Source: a virus (Duplodnaviria > Caudoviricetes). Taken from it: a stretch of 64,000 nt of DNA. The stretch is from the IMG/VR virus record IMGVR_UViG_3300027749_000034; one strand, given 5' to 3'. Below the pieces are notes generated by a model, which worked only from the letters and a program-made list of their open reading frames with translations, did no database searches and was not told where the DNA came from. Shown here piece after piece: positions 8,870-16,327 of the stretch (position 1 is its first letter; the number at the start of each line of letters is the position of its first letter). The position numbers were made by a program, and so were the translations under genes.

Positions 8870-9841
8870 TTACTCCGCAATAAACTGTTCAACATCGCTT
8901 TCCTTGACAGTTGGGCCAAGTCGATGCGGATTGAAATAACTGGCCTTAAAGAAGCGACTGCCTGCTTCATCCAAGTCTGCAATTTCAAGTCTTAAATCTT
9001 GTTGTAGTATGCGACCAATTTTACGAGTCTCGGCCAACAGCTTTGTTCGGCTCCAAGAGTACTTGCTGTTGGGACAAGTTTCTTCGTCACCAACAAATTG
9101 TGGCATTACTGTTTCTGCCCAGTATTGATTGTGCCATTCGAAGTCAGCAACCAATTTGTAGTCCCAATCTCGACGCAAGTTGGTTAAGTAGCAACCTAAA
9201 CGAGCACCGTACATGGCCCATAGCCCATTCTGCACATCCATACCAACACTCATCCAAACCAGTAGTCTACGATGATTTTTAAAATGGTTCTTATCTGCAA
9301 TTTGGCGCCAGTCCATCGGCTTTCCATCATGCAAGGCCAATTTGACACCTTCTCTAAATCCTGCACGATATGCCTGATATGGAGTTGCATTGTTAAACAC
9401 ATCGCTGTAGATGTTGTTCAATTGATGATAGTGAATGTCCCAGCAAAAGTCCACAGCGCCAGCACCCGAATCAACTGCCTCATGAGTACGCATCTGCTCA
9501 ACAACCTTAACCGGCCACAATTTGACGCCACCGTTGCCGTATACCAGTCCATTGACTATATTCTTGCCGGACCATGATAACACATCACTGCGATCAAATT
9601 TTCCTAAATCTAGTTCAAGTTCAAAAAAGTCTGGTCGCACTTTGTTGTCTGCATCAATTGTGATAAAGCGTTCAGTTTCGGCTAGTTTGGCCGCGGCCTT
9701 GTGACAAGCATCGCTTCCATATACTCCGTGACTGCGTTTGGCCCACGGGCATTTTTCCAATAAATCTGCATAGTTTGCATCTGCATTTGGTTCATCGTAG
9801 CTGATGAACACTACATCAAATTCGCTAATAGGGGTTTTCAA
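8870..9841 (-). CDS. Glycosyltransferase-like protein (GT-A fold), paralog 1
   Basis: DVVFISYDEPNA...FITIDADN...NGLVYGNGGVKLW...AYRAGFREGVKL. Confidence 0.65.
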   Translation of the reverse strand: MKTPISEFDVVFISYDEPNADANYADLLEKCPWAKRSHGVYGSDACHKAAAKLAETERFITIDADNKVRPDFFELELDLGKFDRSDVLSWSGKNIVNGLVYGNGGVKLWPVKVVEQMRTHEAVDSGAGAVDFCWDIHYHQLNNIYSDVFNNATPYQAYRAGFREGVKLALHDGKPMDWRQIADKNHFKNHRRLLVWMSVGMDVQNGLWAMYGARLGCYLTNLRRDWDYKLVADFEWHNQYWAETVMPQFVGDEETCPNSKYSWSRTKLLAETRKIGRILQQDLRLEIADLDEAGSRFFKASYFNPHRLGPTVKESDVEQFIAE

Positions 9842-10839
9842 TTTAGTACTCCGATATCTATATTGCTTGCTTTATATAACACTTGCGGTACGGTCTGGTA
9901 AGGCCAATCTGCAACAATTTCAAAGGGATGATGCTGTCTCATCATCAGTGCTGGAAGTTCTGACCAAGAATGAAATGCTTCTGGATCATCACCATTTAAT
10001 ATTGCCACTTTTAAATTTCCAAAATGAGAATCTATGCTGGATCCTTTTTCATAATGACTTTGTGCCCATATGCCATTGCCCTTCTTAAAGAGAGAAATGT
10101 GTTTTCCGCGGCCCATATGACTGATAACTGTTTGTTCGTCGCTGACACCAGAAAATAAATGATAATTCTGTACTCTATTAAACGACAGCTCTTCTGCAAC
10201 TGGTGGAATATTAATTCTAACACGCTGACCTTGATACAGTATCTTGATCACGGTGTCATGACTCATAAAACTCCAAAGACGCTGTTCCCAATATCCGCGT
10301 TCCACAATGTCTGCAACAGGTACATCAGTTTTTCCAAATAGTTGATGCGGGTCTTCTTCGTCAGTTAGAAACATAGGTATATGTTCAGCTACAGTGTCCT
10401 TGTCAAGGCGTTCTTTGATTTCAGTTGACCATCTACGACTGGCTTCTACCCTGATCATTCCATTTTCATTGAATAATAATACACGCAAAGGAGTCAGCGG
10501 ATTGTATAGATTTTCACCGGCACTGAGCCACCCAAGTTGAATTTGCTTCTTTTTAAACTTGCTGGGTTTTTTGATGTCTACTAGATCCAATGCTCCCAGC
10601 GTTTCATTGAATGCAATTTTATAATCGTTTTGATTTGCAGAACCAGACAATAGATCTTTTACTCTTGCATACGACAAGACAATATGTGAAGGATCTGCTG
10701 ACTGTCCTGGTCTAATAGAATTGATAAGCCCAGAGCTGGAATCATATTCCACAGACCAAAACTCTTCTCTTTTTCGTTTTCTAGGACGAAGTTCAAATTG
10801 AATTTCATCCACGGCGCCAATACTCCAATGGCTTTTCAC
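9838..10839 (-). CDS. Hypothetical protein
   Basis: 333-aa ORF overlapping both neighbours in the operon; no recognised motif. Confidence 0.75.
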   Translation of the reverse strand: MKSHWSIGAVDEIQFELRPRKRKREEFWSVEYDSSSGLINSIRPGQSADPSHIVLSYARVKDLLSGSANQNDYKIAFNETLGALDLVDIKKPSKFKKKQIQLGWLSAGENLYNPLTPLRVLLFNENGMIRVEASRRWSTEIKERLDKDTVAEHIPMFLTDEEDPHQLFGKTDVPVADIVERGYWEQRLWSFMSHDTVIKILYQGQRVRINIPPVAEELSFNRVQNYHLFSGVSDEQTVISHMGRGKHISLFKKGNGIWAQSHYEKGSSIDSHFGNLKVAILNGDDPEAFHSWSELPALMMRQHHPFEIVADWPYQTVPQVLYKASNIDIGVLN

Positions 10840-11506
10840 TTTCTGCTAGCCACACTGGATAAATTTGACTGTGATTTTCCAGTTTAAAATTTCCATTGGC
10901 AGGGTAAAATGCAATCCAATCATGCCACATATGATGTGCATACATGATTGGTGCAAGCTCTAAATTTCTCACACTCATGTCAACTATTTTAAACCAGTCT
11001 GGTGCATGCCAATGGCCTGTTGAAAACACCACACCCAGTACATGTTCGAGTGTTGGAACTTCTGGCTCGTAATTTTGCCAATACACAGCTTTGTCAAGAT
11101 GCAATGCCAGTTCGAAACTCAATTGGGCAGATTCTGGATCTCCCACTATCAATAGATAGGTCCAAATGTTATTACCATTTTTTTCTAAGGGTAATCTTTC
11201 CAGTATCTTACCAGGAGGTATTGGCTGTCCGCGATGGTCTACACCTGTGCCCGGCATAAAATTCAGCTTCTTAGATACGGCAACTTTAGCAATTTCAAAA
11301 GTAGTTTGACGTGGACACAATCCAGCCCTGCAAATAATATCACCTGACTCTAATTTTAAAGTTGATAATATTTTTAATTGTTCCCAAGCATCATCTGGCA
11401 AGTCTACAATGTTAATTGGCATCATTGCATCAACAAACTTTGTGTCCATCTTGGTGATATCTGCATGGTTTGTTCGTCCTGGAAGTGTAAGTATATGTAC
11501 GGTCAT
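10805..11506 (-). CDS. Hypothetical protein (possibly a degenerate glycosyltransferase partner)
   Basis: 233 aa with an ATGA overlap with the upstream GT gene; no clear DxD motif. Confidence 0.7.
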   Translation of the reverse strand: MTVHILTLPGRTNHADITKMDTKFVDAMMPINIVDLPDDAWEQLKILSTLKLESGDIICRAGLCPRQTTFEIAKVAVSKKLNFMPGTGVDHRGQPIPPGKILERLPLEKNGNNIWTYLLIVGDPESAQLSFELALHLDKAVYWQNYEPEVPTLEHVLGVVFSTGHWHAPDWFKIVDMSVRNLELAPIMYAHHMWHDWIAFYPANGNFKLENHSQIYPVWLAESEKPLEYWRRG

Positions 11507-12381
11507 GCCAACACTTCCATGATTCTATCGTAGTTGCGGATGATGCTTTTCTTGTTCATTAAATGCAAGTCCTCACCCGTTACTTCAACTACCATATTTT
11601 TCCACTCTTCTGGCAGATTGCTTAACATGATCCAACGGTTTGAATCAACCACTTCAACAATATCATCTCGCTGGTCTTGGTATCTAAGATAATATGGAAT
11701 TTGTCCAATGAAGCCACCATCTGACCAACCATCACACATGTGAGCCGCAATGCTGGCTGAATAGTCTGTGCGATACAATGTGCCTGGGAATTTGTATAGG
11801 AAGCGATAGTATTCCCAATTTTGTTTTACTGCTGACCAAATACTGAAAAAATGTTCTGCTTCTTCACTCTTACGCCAGTACACCACAGTTGACCACCACA
11901 TGCGAATGCCAGCATAATGTAGCCAGCGTTCTGTGGTGTATGGTTCTTCCATTCTTAAATTTCTAGCATCTCTGTACATGGCCACATCATTCTGACCGCC
12001 AAACAGCTTGGCCAAATTGGCATTGCCACATAGGTAATCTGTGTCAATTAAAATTGTTTCATCAAATGGACTTAGATTATAAATGTCGTGTTTGTTGGTG
12101 TTTGTAAACTGTGCGTTGAAGCTGTGATATGCGCCATCGTGATGTAAACGCATGTTTCTTTCGTATTCGGGATTGGTTAATATAATGTCATCAAACGCGG
12201 CGTTCATAATATCAATACCGTGCGTTTGTTTACAATGTTCCATGCTTTGCTGATTGGTAACCAGTACAACTGGATACTCAGGCATGAATTTTTTTACAGC
12301 ATACGCGGCAACAATGGCCAATTGCGTATAATCCAACTGCTCATTGTTGTAAGCAAACATCATGAATCCCTTGGTGCTCAT
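11503..12381 (-). CDS. Nucleotide-diphospho-sugar transferase-like (GT8-like) protein
   Basis: GFMMFAYN...YPVVLVT...DIYNLSPFDETILIDTDYL (DxD)...WWSTVVYWRK. Confidence 0.7.
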   Translation of the reverse strand: MSTKGFMMFAYNNEQLDYTQLAIVAAYAVKKFMPEYPVVLVTNQQSMEHCKQTHGIDIMNAAFDDIILTNPEYERNMRLHHDGAYHSFNAQFTNTNKHDIYNLSPFDETILIDTDYLCGNANLAKLFGGQNDVAMYRDARNLRMEEPYTTERWLHYAGIRMWWSTVVYWRKSEEAEHFFSIWSAVKQNWEYYRFLYKFPGTLYRTDYSASIAAHMCDGWSDGGFIGQIPYYLRYQDQRDDIVEVVDSNRWIMLSNLPEEWKNMVVEVTGEDLHLMNKKSIIRNYDRIMEVLA

Positions 12382-12383
12382 GA

Positions 12384-12731
12384 TTATAGCCCTACAATTT
12401 TTGCGGTAGACCTTGCTGACTTCAGCTTTTTCTGTTCAACTTGTTTTGTTTCCATGGCAGAATCATAAGCTTGAATCAAAACATTTAGAAATTCGTTTGC
12501 ATCATCAATTGTTATAACATTACCACTGTGGTCCTCAACAAAAACTTTCTCGTTGCGGGTTGCCTTGACGCTAACAAACGCTATTAGCTCTTGCGTAGAT
12601 TTAAAGATCGCACCTTGATGTGACACTAAAAGTGCCGCTTCAATTTGGGCATTGATGTTTTGCCGTTGTACCTGTAAAGTTAATCGATAATTGGCAAAGG
12701 CCAATGCATCTTCTAATTTTTTATCCATCAA
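12384..12731 (-). CDS. Hypothetical protein
   Basis: 115-aa ORF, closely spaced in the operon. Confidence 0.75.
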   Translation of the reverse strand: MMDKKLEDALAFANYRLTLQVQRQNINAQIEAALLVSHQGAIFKSTQELIAFVSVKATRNEKVFVEDHSGNVITIDDANEFLNVLIQAYDSAMETKQVEQKKLKSARSTAKIVGL

Positions 12732-12738
12732 TCACTTC

Positions 12739-12996
12739 TTAGGCTACGCTGGCAATCGCAATTAATCCGGTAATAACAGCATTGAGCTTTTCTTTGAAAG
12801 CCAGTTGATTCATCTCTTGGATAATATCTAACTGTCTTTGCATATCACTTAGCACTTCACACAATTCTTCTTTGCTCAATTGCCCCATAAGGACCTGCTG
12901 AGTTTGTTGCTTGACTTGCTCTGCCGCGTTGGCAAATACTGGGTCTCCACAATTGGCAAGTTCTGCCAATGCTTGACTGATTTCATCTAAGTTCAT
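12739..12996 (-). CDS. Hypothetical helical protein
   Basis: 85 aa with an ATGA overlap with the upstream lipoprotein gene. Confidence 0.7.
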   Translation of the reverse strand: MNLDEISQALAELANCGDPVFANAAEQVKQQTQQVLMGQLSKEELCEVLSDMQRQLDIIQEMNQLAFKEKLNAVITGLIAIASVA

Positions 12997-13397
12997 CTTG
13001 GTCTATTTCCTAGTGTATGTTGAATAACTGTTGCGCTGTTTTCAATACTTTCAAACTTGATTTTACAAAATGCCACACTCACTGGACCATTTCCATAACG
13101 AAATGTCAATCCTTGTGCAATTTCATTCAAAGACTTTGATGCCTTGTAGCCATTTTCATTATGAGGAATATTCTCGCTGTATAACTCAAAAGTTCTGGTA
13201 TTGTTTGACAACTTAACTGCATTCTCTTTGCTAACCTGTGCATTATCACATTGTGATTTAAATTGCTGTGCTTCAGATCGAATTGTAGTAATTAAACCAT
13301 ATTCGGCTGAGTCAAACTTAGTCATTAAGTATGCATCAATTAGAGCGCAACCACTTAGCATACTCAAAGCTAAAAGCAAAACTGTTATTTTTTTCAT
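12993..13397 (-). CDS. Lipoprotein
   Basis: MKK + hydrophobic stretch + lipobox LSG-C (Cys17); AAGG SD upstream. Confidence 0.75.
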   Translation of the reverse strand: MKKITVLLLALSMLSGCALIDAYLMTKFDSAEYGLITTIRSEAQQFKSQCDNAQVSKENAVKLSNNTRTFELYSENIPHNENGYKASKSLNEIAQGLTFRYGNGPVSVAFCKIKFESIENSATVIQHTLGNRPR

Positions 13398-13441
13398 ATT
13401 TTAACCTTAGAATTGTTGCCAATGGTTAGCAAACGCAATGC

Positions 13442-13449
13442 TATTTATA
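13442..13449 (-). promoter_or_regulatory. T4-type late promoter TATAAATA
   Basis: Exact T4 late consensus in an intergenic gap 45 nt upstream of the lipoprotein gene; a gp55-like sigma is encoded in the window. Confidence 0.75.
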
Positions 13450-13474
13450 GATGCGTTAGCAACCGTTTAACCGT

Positions 13475-14584
13475 TTAAAGTTCTTGCCAGTCTTGAGTCA
13501 ACTGACTTACAGGCATTGGTAATTCCAAAGTTACTGAGCGTTCGCTAATAGTACTTGGATGTGTCATAGTAACAGTCATTGCAACTGAACCTCGCACTTC
13601 AATACCAAGGCCGGCATTGTCTAACAACGACCTAATTTCTAATTTTTGTCCGTTAATGGTACCAAACAGTTTCAAACGGCTCGAAGCATAGCCGCCATAA
13701 CCGCCATATCCGCCATAGCCTCCATAGCCTCCATAGCCTCCATATCCGCCATATCCGCCATATCCGCCATAACCTCCACTGCCGCCGTTACAGTCCTCTC
13801 CACCATAACCTCCGTATCCACCATAACCTCCGTATCCACCATAACCTCCGTATCCACCATAACCTCCGTATCCACCATAGCCTCCACCACCACCTCCGGC
13901 AGGGCTGGTATATAGAAGTTTTTCATTAGGTGTTAATTCGCTAAATCCTAGACCTTGACTAATTCCTCGATTGTTCAAACTTGCAGTATCTTCAACATTA
14001 ATCTTAATGGTTCCCATGTCAATGAATATGGTTTTCCATGTATGGTAGCCGCAACCATAACCACCTGTGATACTGTATGCTATGCGAATATCGCCACCAG
14101 CGTTGAAAAAGTGACGAGCACTTTCATATCCGCTAAAGTCCAACTCAACAATGCTGTCTAGTTGATTGGTCCAATTGATATCTTTTGAATATGTTCCAAT
14201 ACTGTTGATTGTAGTGTATTGGGGATCTACAGCATTTCTTAAATTCCTTGCGCCATTTAACAATGACTCAGCTGAATTAAAAAAGTCAGCCGTAACCTTG
14301 TCGCCACGAGCAACAACCACTAGTTCAATGTCACTGCTGTTTGTTCTTAGGGTACTGATGTTGATGCGATCAACAATTTCATTTGTCTTATCTGCAGTAA
14401 TTTTTTCACCGCGTTGAACATTGTCAACATTATTGCCGCCCCAGCCCCAACGGATTGCATCTTGTACCGATGCGTCATCGCTTGGACCTTGATTATCATG
14501 CGTGTCACCGAATAATTCGTTTACAGAATCTGTAAGTGAGTTAAGGTAATCCGCTGTGATTTTATCTTTGCGGCTAACTGACAT
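13475..14584 (-). CDS. Tail/baseplate-associated structural protein with a GGY-repeat insert
   Basis: Lies in the structural operon (TAATG overlap with the upstream gene). Contains RHFFNAGGDIRI and 19 GGY units. Confidence 0.65.
   Translation of the reverse strand: MSVSRKDKITADYLNSLTDSVNELFGDTHDNQGPSDDASVQDAIRWGWGGNNVDNVQRGEKITADKTNEIVDRINISTLRTNSSDIELVVVARGDKVTADFFNSAESLLNGARNLRNAVDPQYTTINSIGTYSKDINWTNQLDSIVELDFSGYESARHFFNAGGDIRIAYSITGGYGCGYHTWKTIFIDMGTIKINVEDTASLNNRGISQGLGFSELTPNEKLLYTSPAGGGGGGYGGYGGYGGYGGYGGYGGYGGYGGYGGEDCNGGSGGYGGYGGYGGYGGYGGYGGYGGYGGYGGYASSRLKLFGTINGQKLEIRSLLDNAGLGIEVRGSVAMTVTMTHPSTISERSVTLELPMPVSQLTQDWQEL
13688..13897 (-). repeat. Coding tandem repeat (GGY)9-GGEDCNGGS-(GGY)10
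   Basis: 9-bp units. Block 13805-13885 alternates as an 18-bp unit; block 13688-13777 uses different Gly codons. Confidence 0.95.
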
Positions 14585-15618
14585 TATCTTACTCCAACTG
14601 TTGCTTCGACTTTACCAATTCCTGCACCATCAAAATTAGCTAGACTACGACCAACTATGCTCCATGCTGGAGAATCAACAGGGGCCGCTTGTGCAACACC
14701 CGGAATATCGCTGGCAGTTAATCTGTCGCCACGATTTACTTTGCCTTTGACTTTTACTGGAATACGACCAGCTACGGCAATGGCCAATGCATTTTTAGCA
14801 TTCTTCTTTTTAGTGTTCATCAAATAGGCAGGACGAGATGAAACAATACCAAACACATTGGTATCACCAATGCTGGTTGTTTGTGTAACTTCTGCTTCAC
14901 CGCCTAGGCTGACCAAAGTGCCAGCTTCATAAGTTGCATCGCCAACATAAATTTCAGCAACGTCAGCAAACTCAGCTTCAACTGCAACACCGCGAATTTT
15001 AAAGTCCTGGCTTGAATTCAAGTTTAATCCACGACCAATTGTTCCTGCATTGTTGTAGTCACCTTCACTAGAATCAGGAGTACCAATTACACCACCACAG
15101 AATGTGGTATAATCGTAACGATCAGTCTGAAGGTTAGCGGCAGCAGGAACAAAATCTGCATCCACACTTAAAATTGCAACCAGCACATTCTTAACCATAA
15201 TCTTCAAACATTTATGGGCTGGTGTATTTGGATTTACATCTTTGATGTCTACTTCAAAAATGCCGTTGCCATCGCTGAATGCTGTGATGTTTATCCAGTC
15301 TGCTGGACGATTCATGTAGTCTGGACCAACATGCAACTGCAACATTGGTGGAACAACTGCGCCTGTTGGCGGTGCAACTGCAAGTGTATCTGCAGGGTTT
15401 AAATTGTAGTATAGCTGTCCTTTGAGTGAATTCAATTCGCTTCGTGGTTTACCTGCAAAATTTTCAATATGGCGGGCAAAGTTTTCAGCAATAATTTCAC
15501 CGTAACCCAGGTAGTTTTTACCAAGTAATACTAGGTCAGTTGATGTAGTGTCGATTTCACCGTCTAGTAGCGTTACCAGTGGTGTTATTTCGTCGCTTTT
15601 AGTTACATTGTATGCCAT
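14584..15618 (-). CDS. Tail fibre/baseplate protein with a C-terminal peptidase-G2-like intramolecular chaperone domain
   Basis: N-terminal DTTSTDLVLLGKNYLGYGEIIAENF; C-terminal ADVAEIY...GIVSSRPAYLMN...AGRIPVKV...GD. Confidence 0.6.
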   Translation of the reverse strand: MAYNVTKSDEITPLVTLLDGEIDTTSTDLVLLGKNYLGYGEIIAENFARHIENFAGKPRSELNSLKGQLYYNLNPADTLAVAPPTGAVVPPMLQLHVGPDYMNRPADWINITAFSDGNGIFEVDIKDVNPNTPAHKCLKIMVKNVLVAILSVDADFVPAAANLQTDRYDYTTFCGGVIGTPDSSEGDYNNAGTIGRGLNLNSSQDFKIRGVAVEAEFADVAEIYVGDATYEAGTLVSLGGEAEVTQTTSIGDTNVFGIVSSRPAYLMNTKKKNAKNALAIAVAGRIPVKVKGKVNRGDRLTASDIPGVAQAAPVDSPAWSIVGRSLANFDGAGIGKVEATVGVR

Positions 15619-15652
15619 TTCTTTTATCCTTTTGGCTAATTTGCCATTATGC

Positions 15653-15658
15653 TATTTA
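15653..15658 (-). promoter_or_regulatory. Late promoter core TAAATA
   Basis: Intergenic, upstream of the SD and ATG at 15618. Confidence 0.55.
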
Positions 15659-15668
15659 GTTTTATCCA

Positions 15669-16295
15669 TTAACCAGCCCTGACTCTGAGGGTGTAAACAA
15701 TTTGAATTGTTTGGTCATCGTTTTTCTGCACCGGGTGAAAGATAAAATGCGTAAGCAGGTTTCCTGAATTTAATCCAGTATTTCCTTTGGTCTTTAAACC
15801 TATTTCATTGAACTCAAACTCACCATCATATATTGTAGTTGCATCCAAGCTTGAACTTGTTGAATCAAAAGTATTGTATGTACTATCTACAGCAAATGGT
15901 TCTTTGTTTGCAATTGTGGCAGTTACAATTGTGTCAGAATAATTTGATCCAACATTGTGCTGAATAACTACTCCGTCGGATGATTCTTCCATTCTATTGA
16001 CATCGCTATCGTCAACTACTCTAAAATAAGTTGGAGTATACAAATTGGCACCTATACCAACAATATTTGGCTTTCTGTAAGTTATTGTGCCATCTGTTGC
16101 AACGATGGCGGCACCACAACCAAAGTGCATTTCGCTAATAAATGATCCGGCGCTTCTTGCCAATGCAAGCGACAGCGCCACGCTCATATTTTCCTGGTGG
16201 ATTGCATTTGAGCCTTCTACCAGAATCTTACCGGTGTTTAAGTCTTTTATCGTAATAAAAGTTTCTATGCTAATTGGTAACTCTTGTATATTCAT
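15669..16295 (-). CDS. Virion structural protein (baseplate/tail region)
   Basis: 208 aa; NAIHQENMS...FNEIGLK...LLTHFIFHPVQK...IVYTLRV; position in the baseplate block. Confidence 0.6.
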   Translation of the reverse strand: MNIQELPISIETFITIKDLNTGKILVEGSNAIHQENMSVALSLALARSAGSFISEMHFGCGAAIVATDGTITYRKPNIVGIGANLYTPTYFRVVDDSDVNRMEESSDGVVIQHNVGSNYSDTIVTATIANKEPFAVDSTYNTFDSTSSSLDATTIYDGEFEFNEIGLKTKGNTGLNSGNLLTHFIFHPVQKNDDQTIQIVYTLRVRAG

Positions 16296-16300
16296 ATCAA

Positions 16301-16306
16301 TATTTA
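16301..16306 (-). promoter_or_regulatory. Late promoter core TAAATA, 5 nt before ATG
   Basis: TAAATA-TTGAT-ATG, no SD. Confidence 0.6.
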
Positions 16307-16327
16307 GTTATTTTTTTATAACCCACT

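Noticed and set aside
12739-13397. Lipoprotein plus small protein as a spanin pair
   Set aside because: No upstream inner-membrane i-spanin with an N-terminal TM segment, and not near the holin; function left unassigned.
13646-13926. Alternative-frame ORFs with MVDTEV / ISA repeats as possible RiPP-like precursor peptides
   Set aside because: They are frame shadows of the GGY codon repeats, with no SD or independent support.
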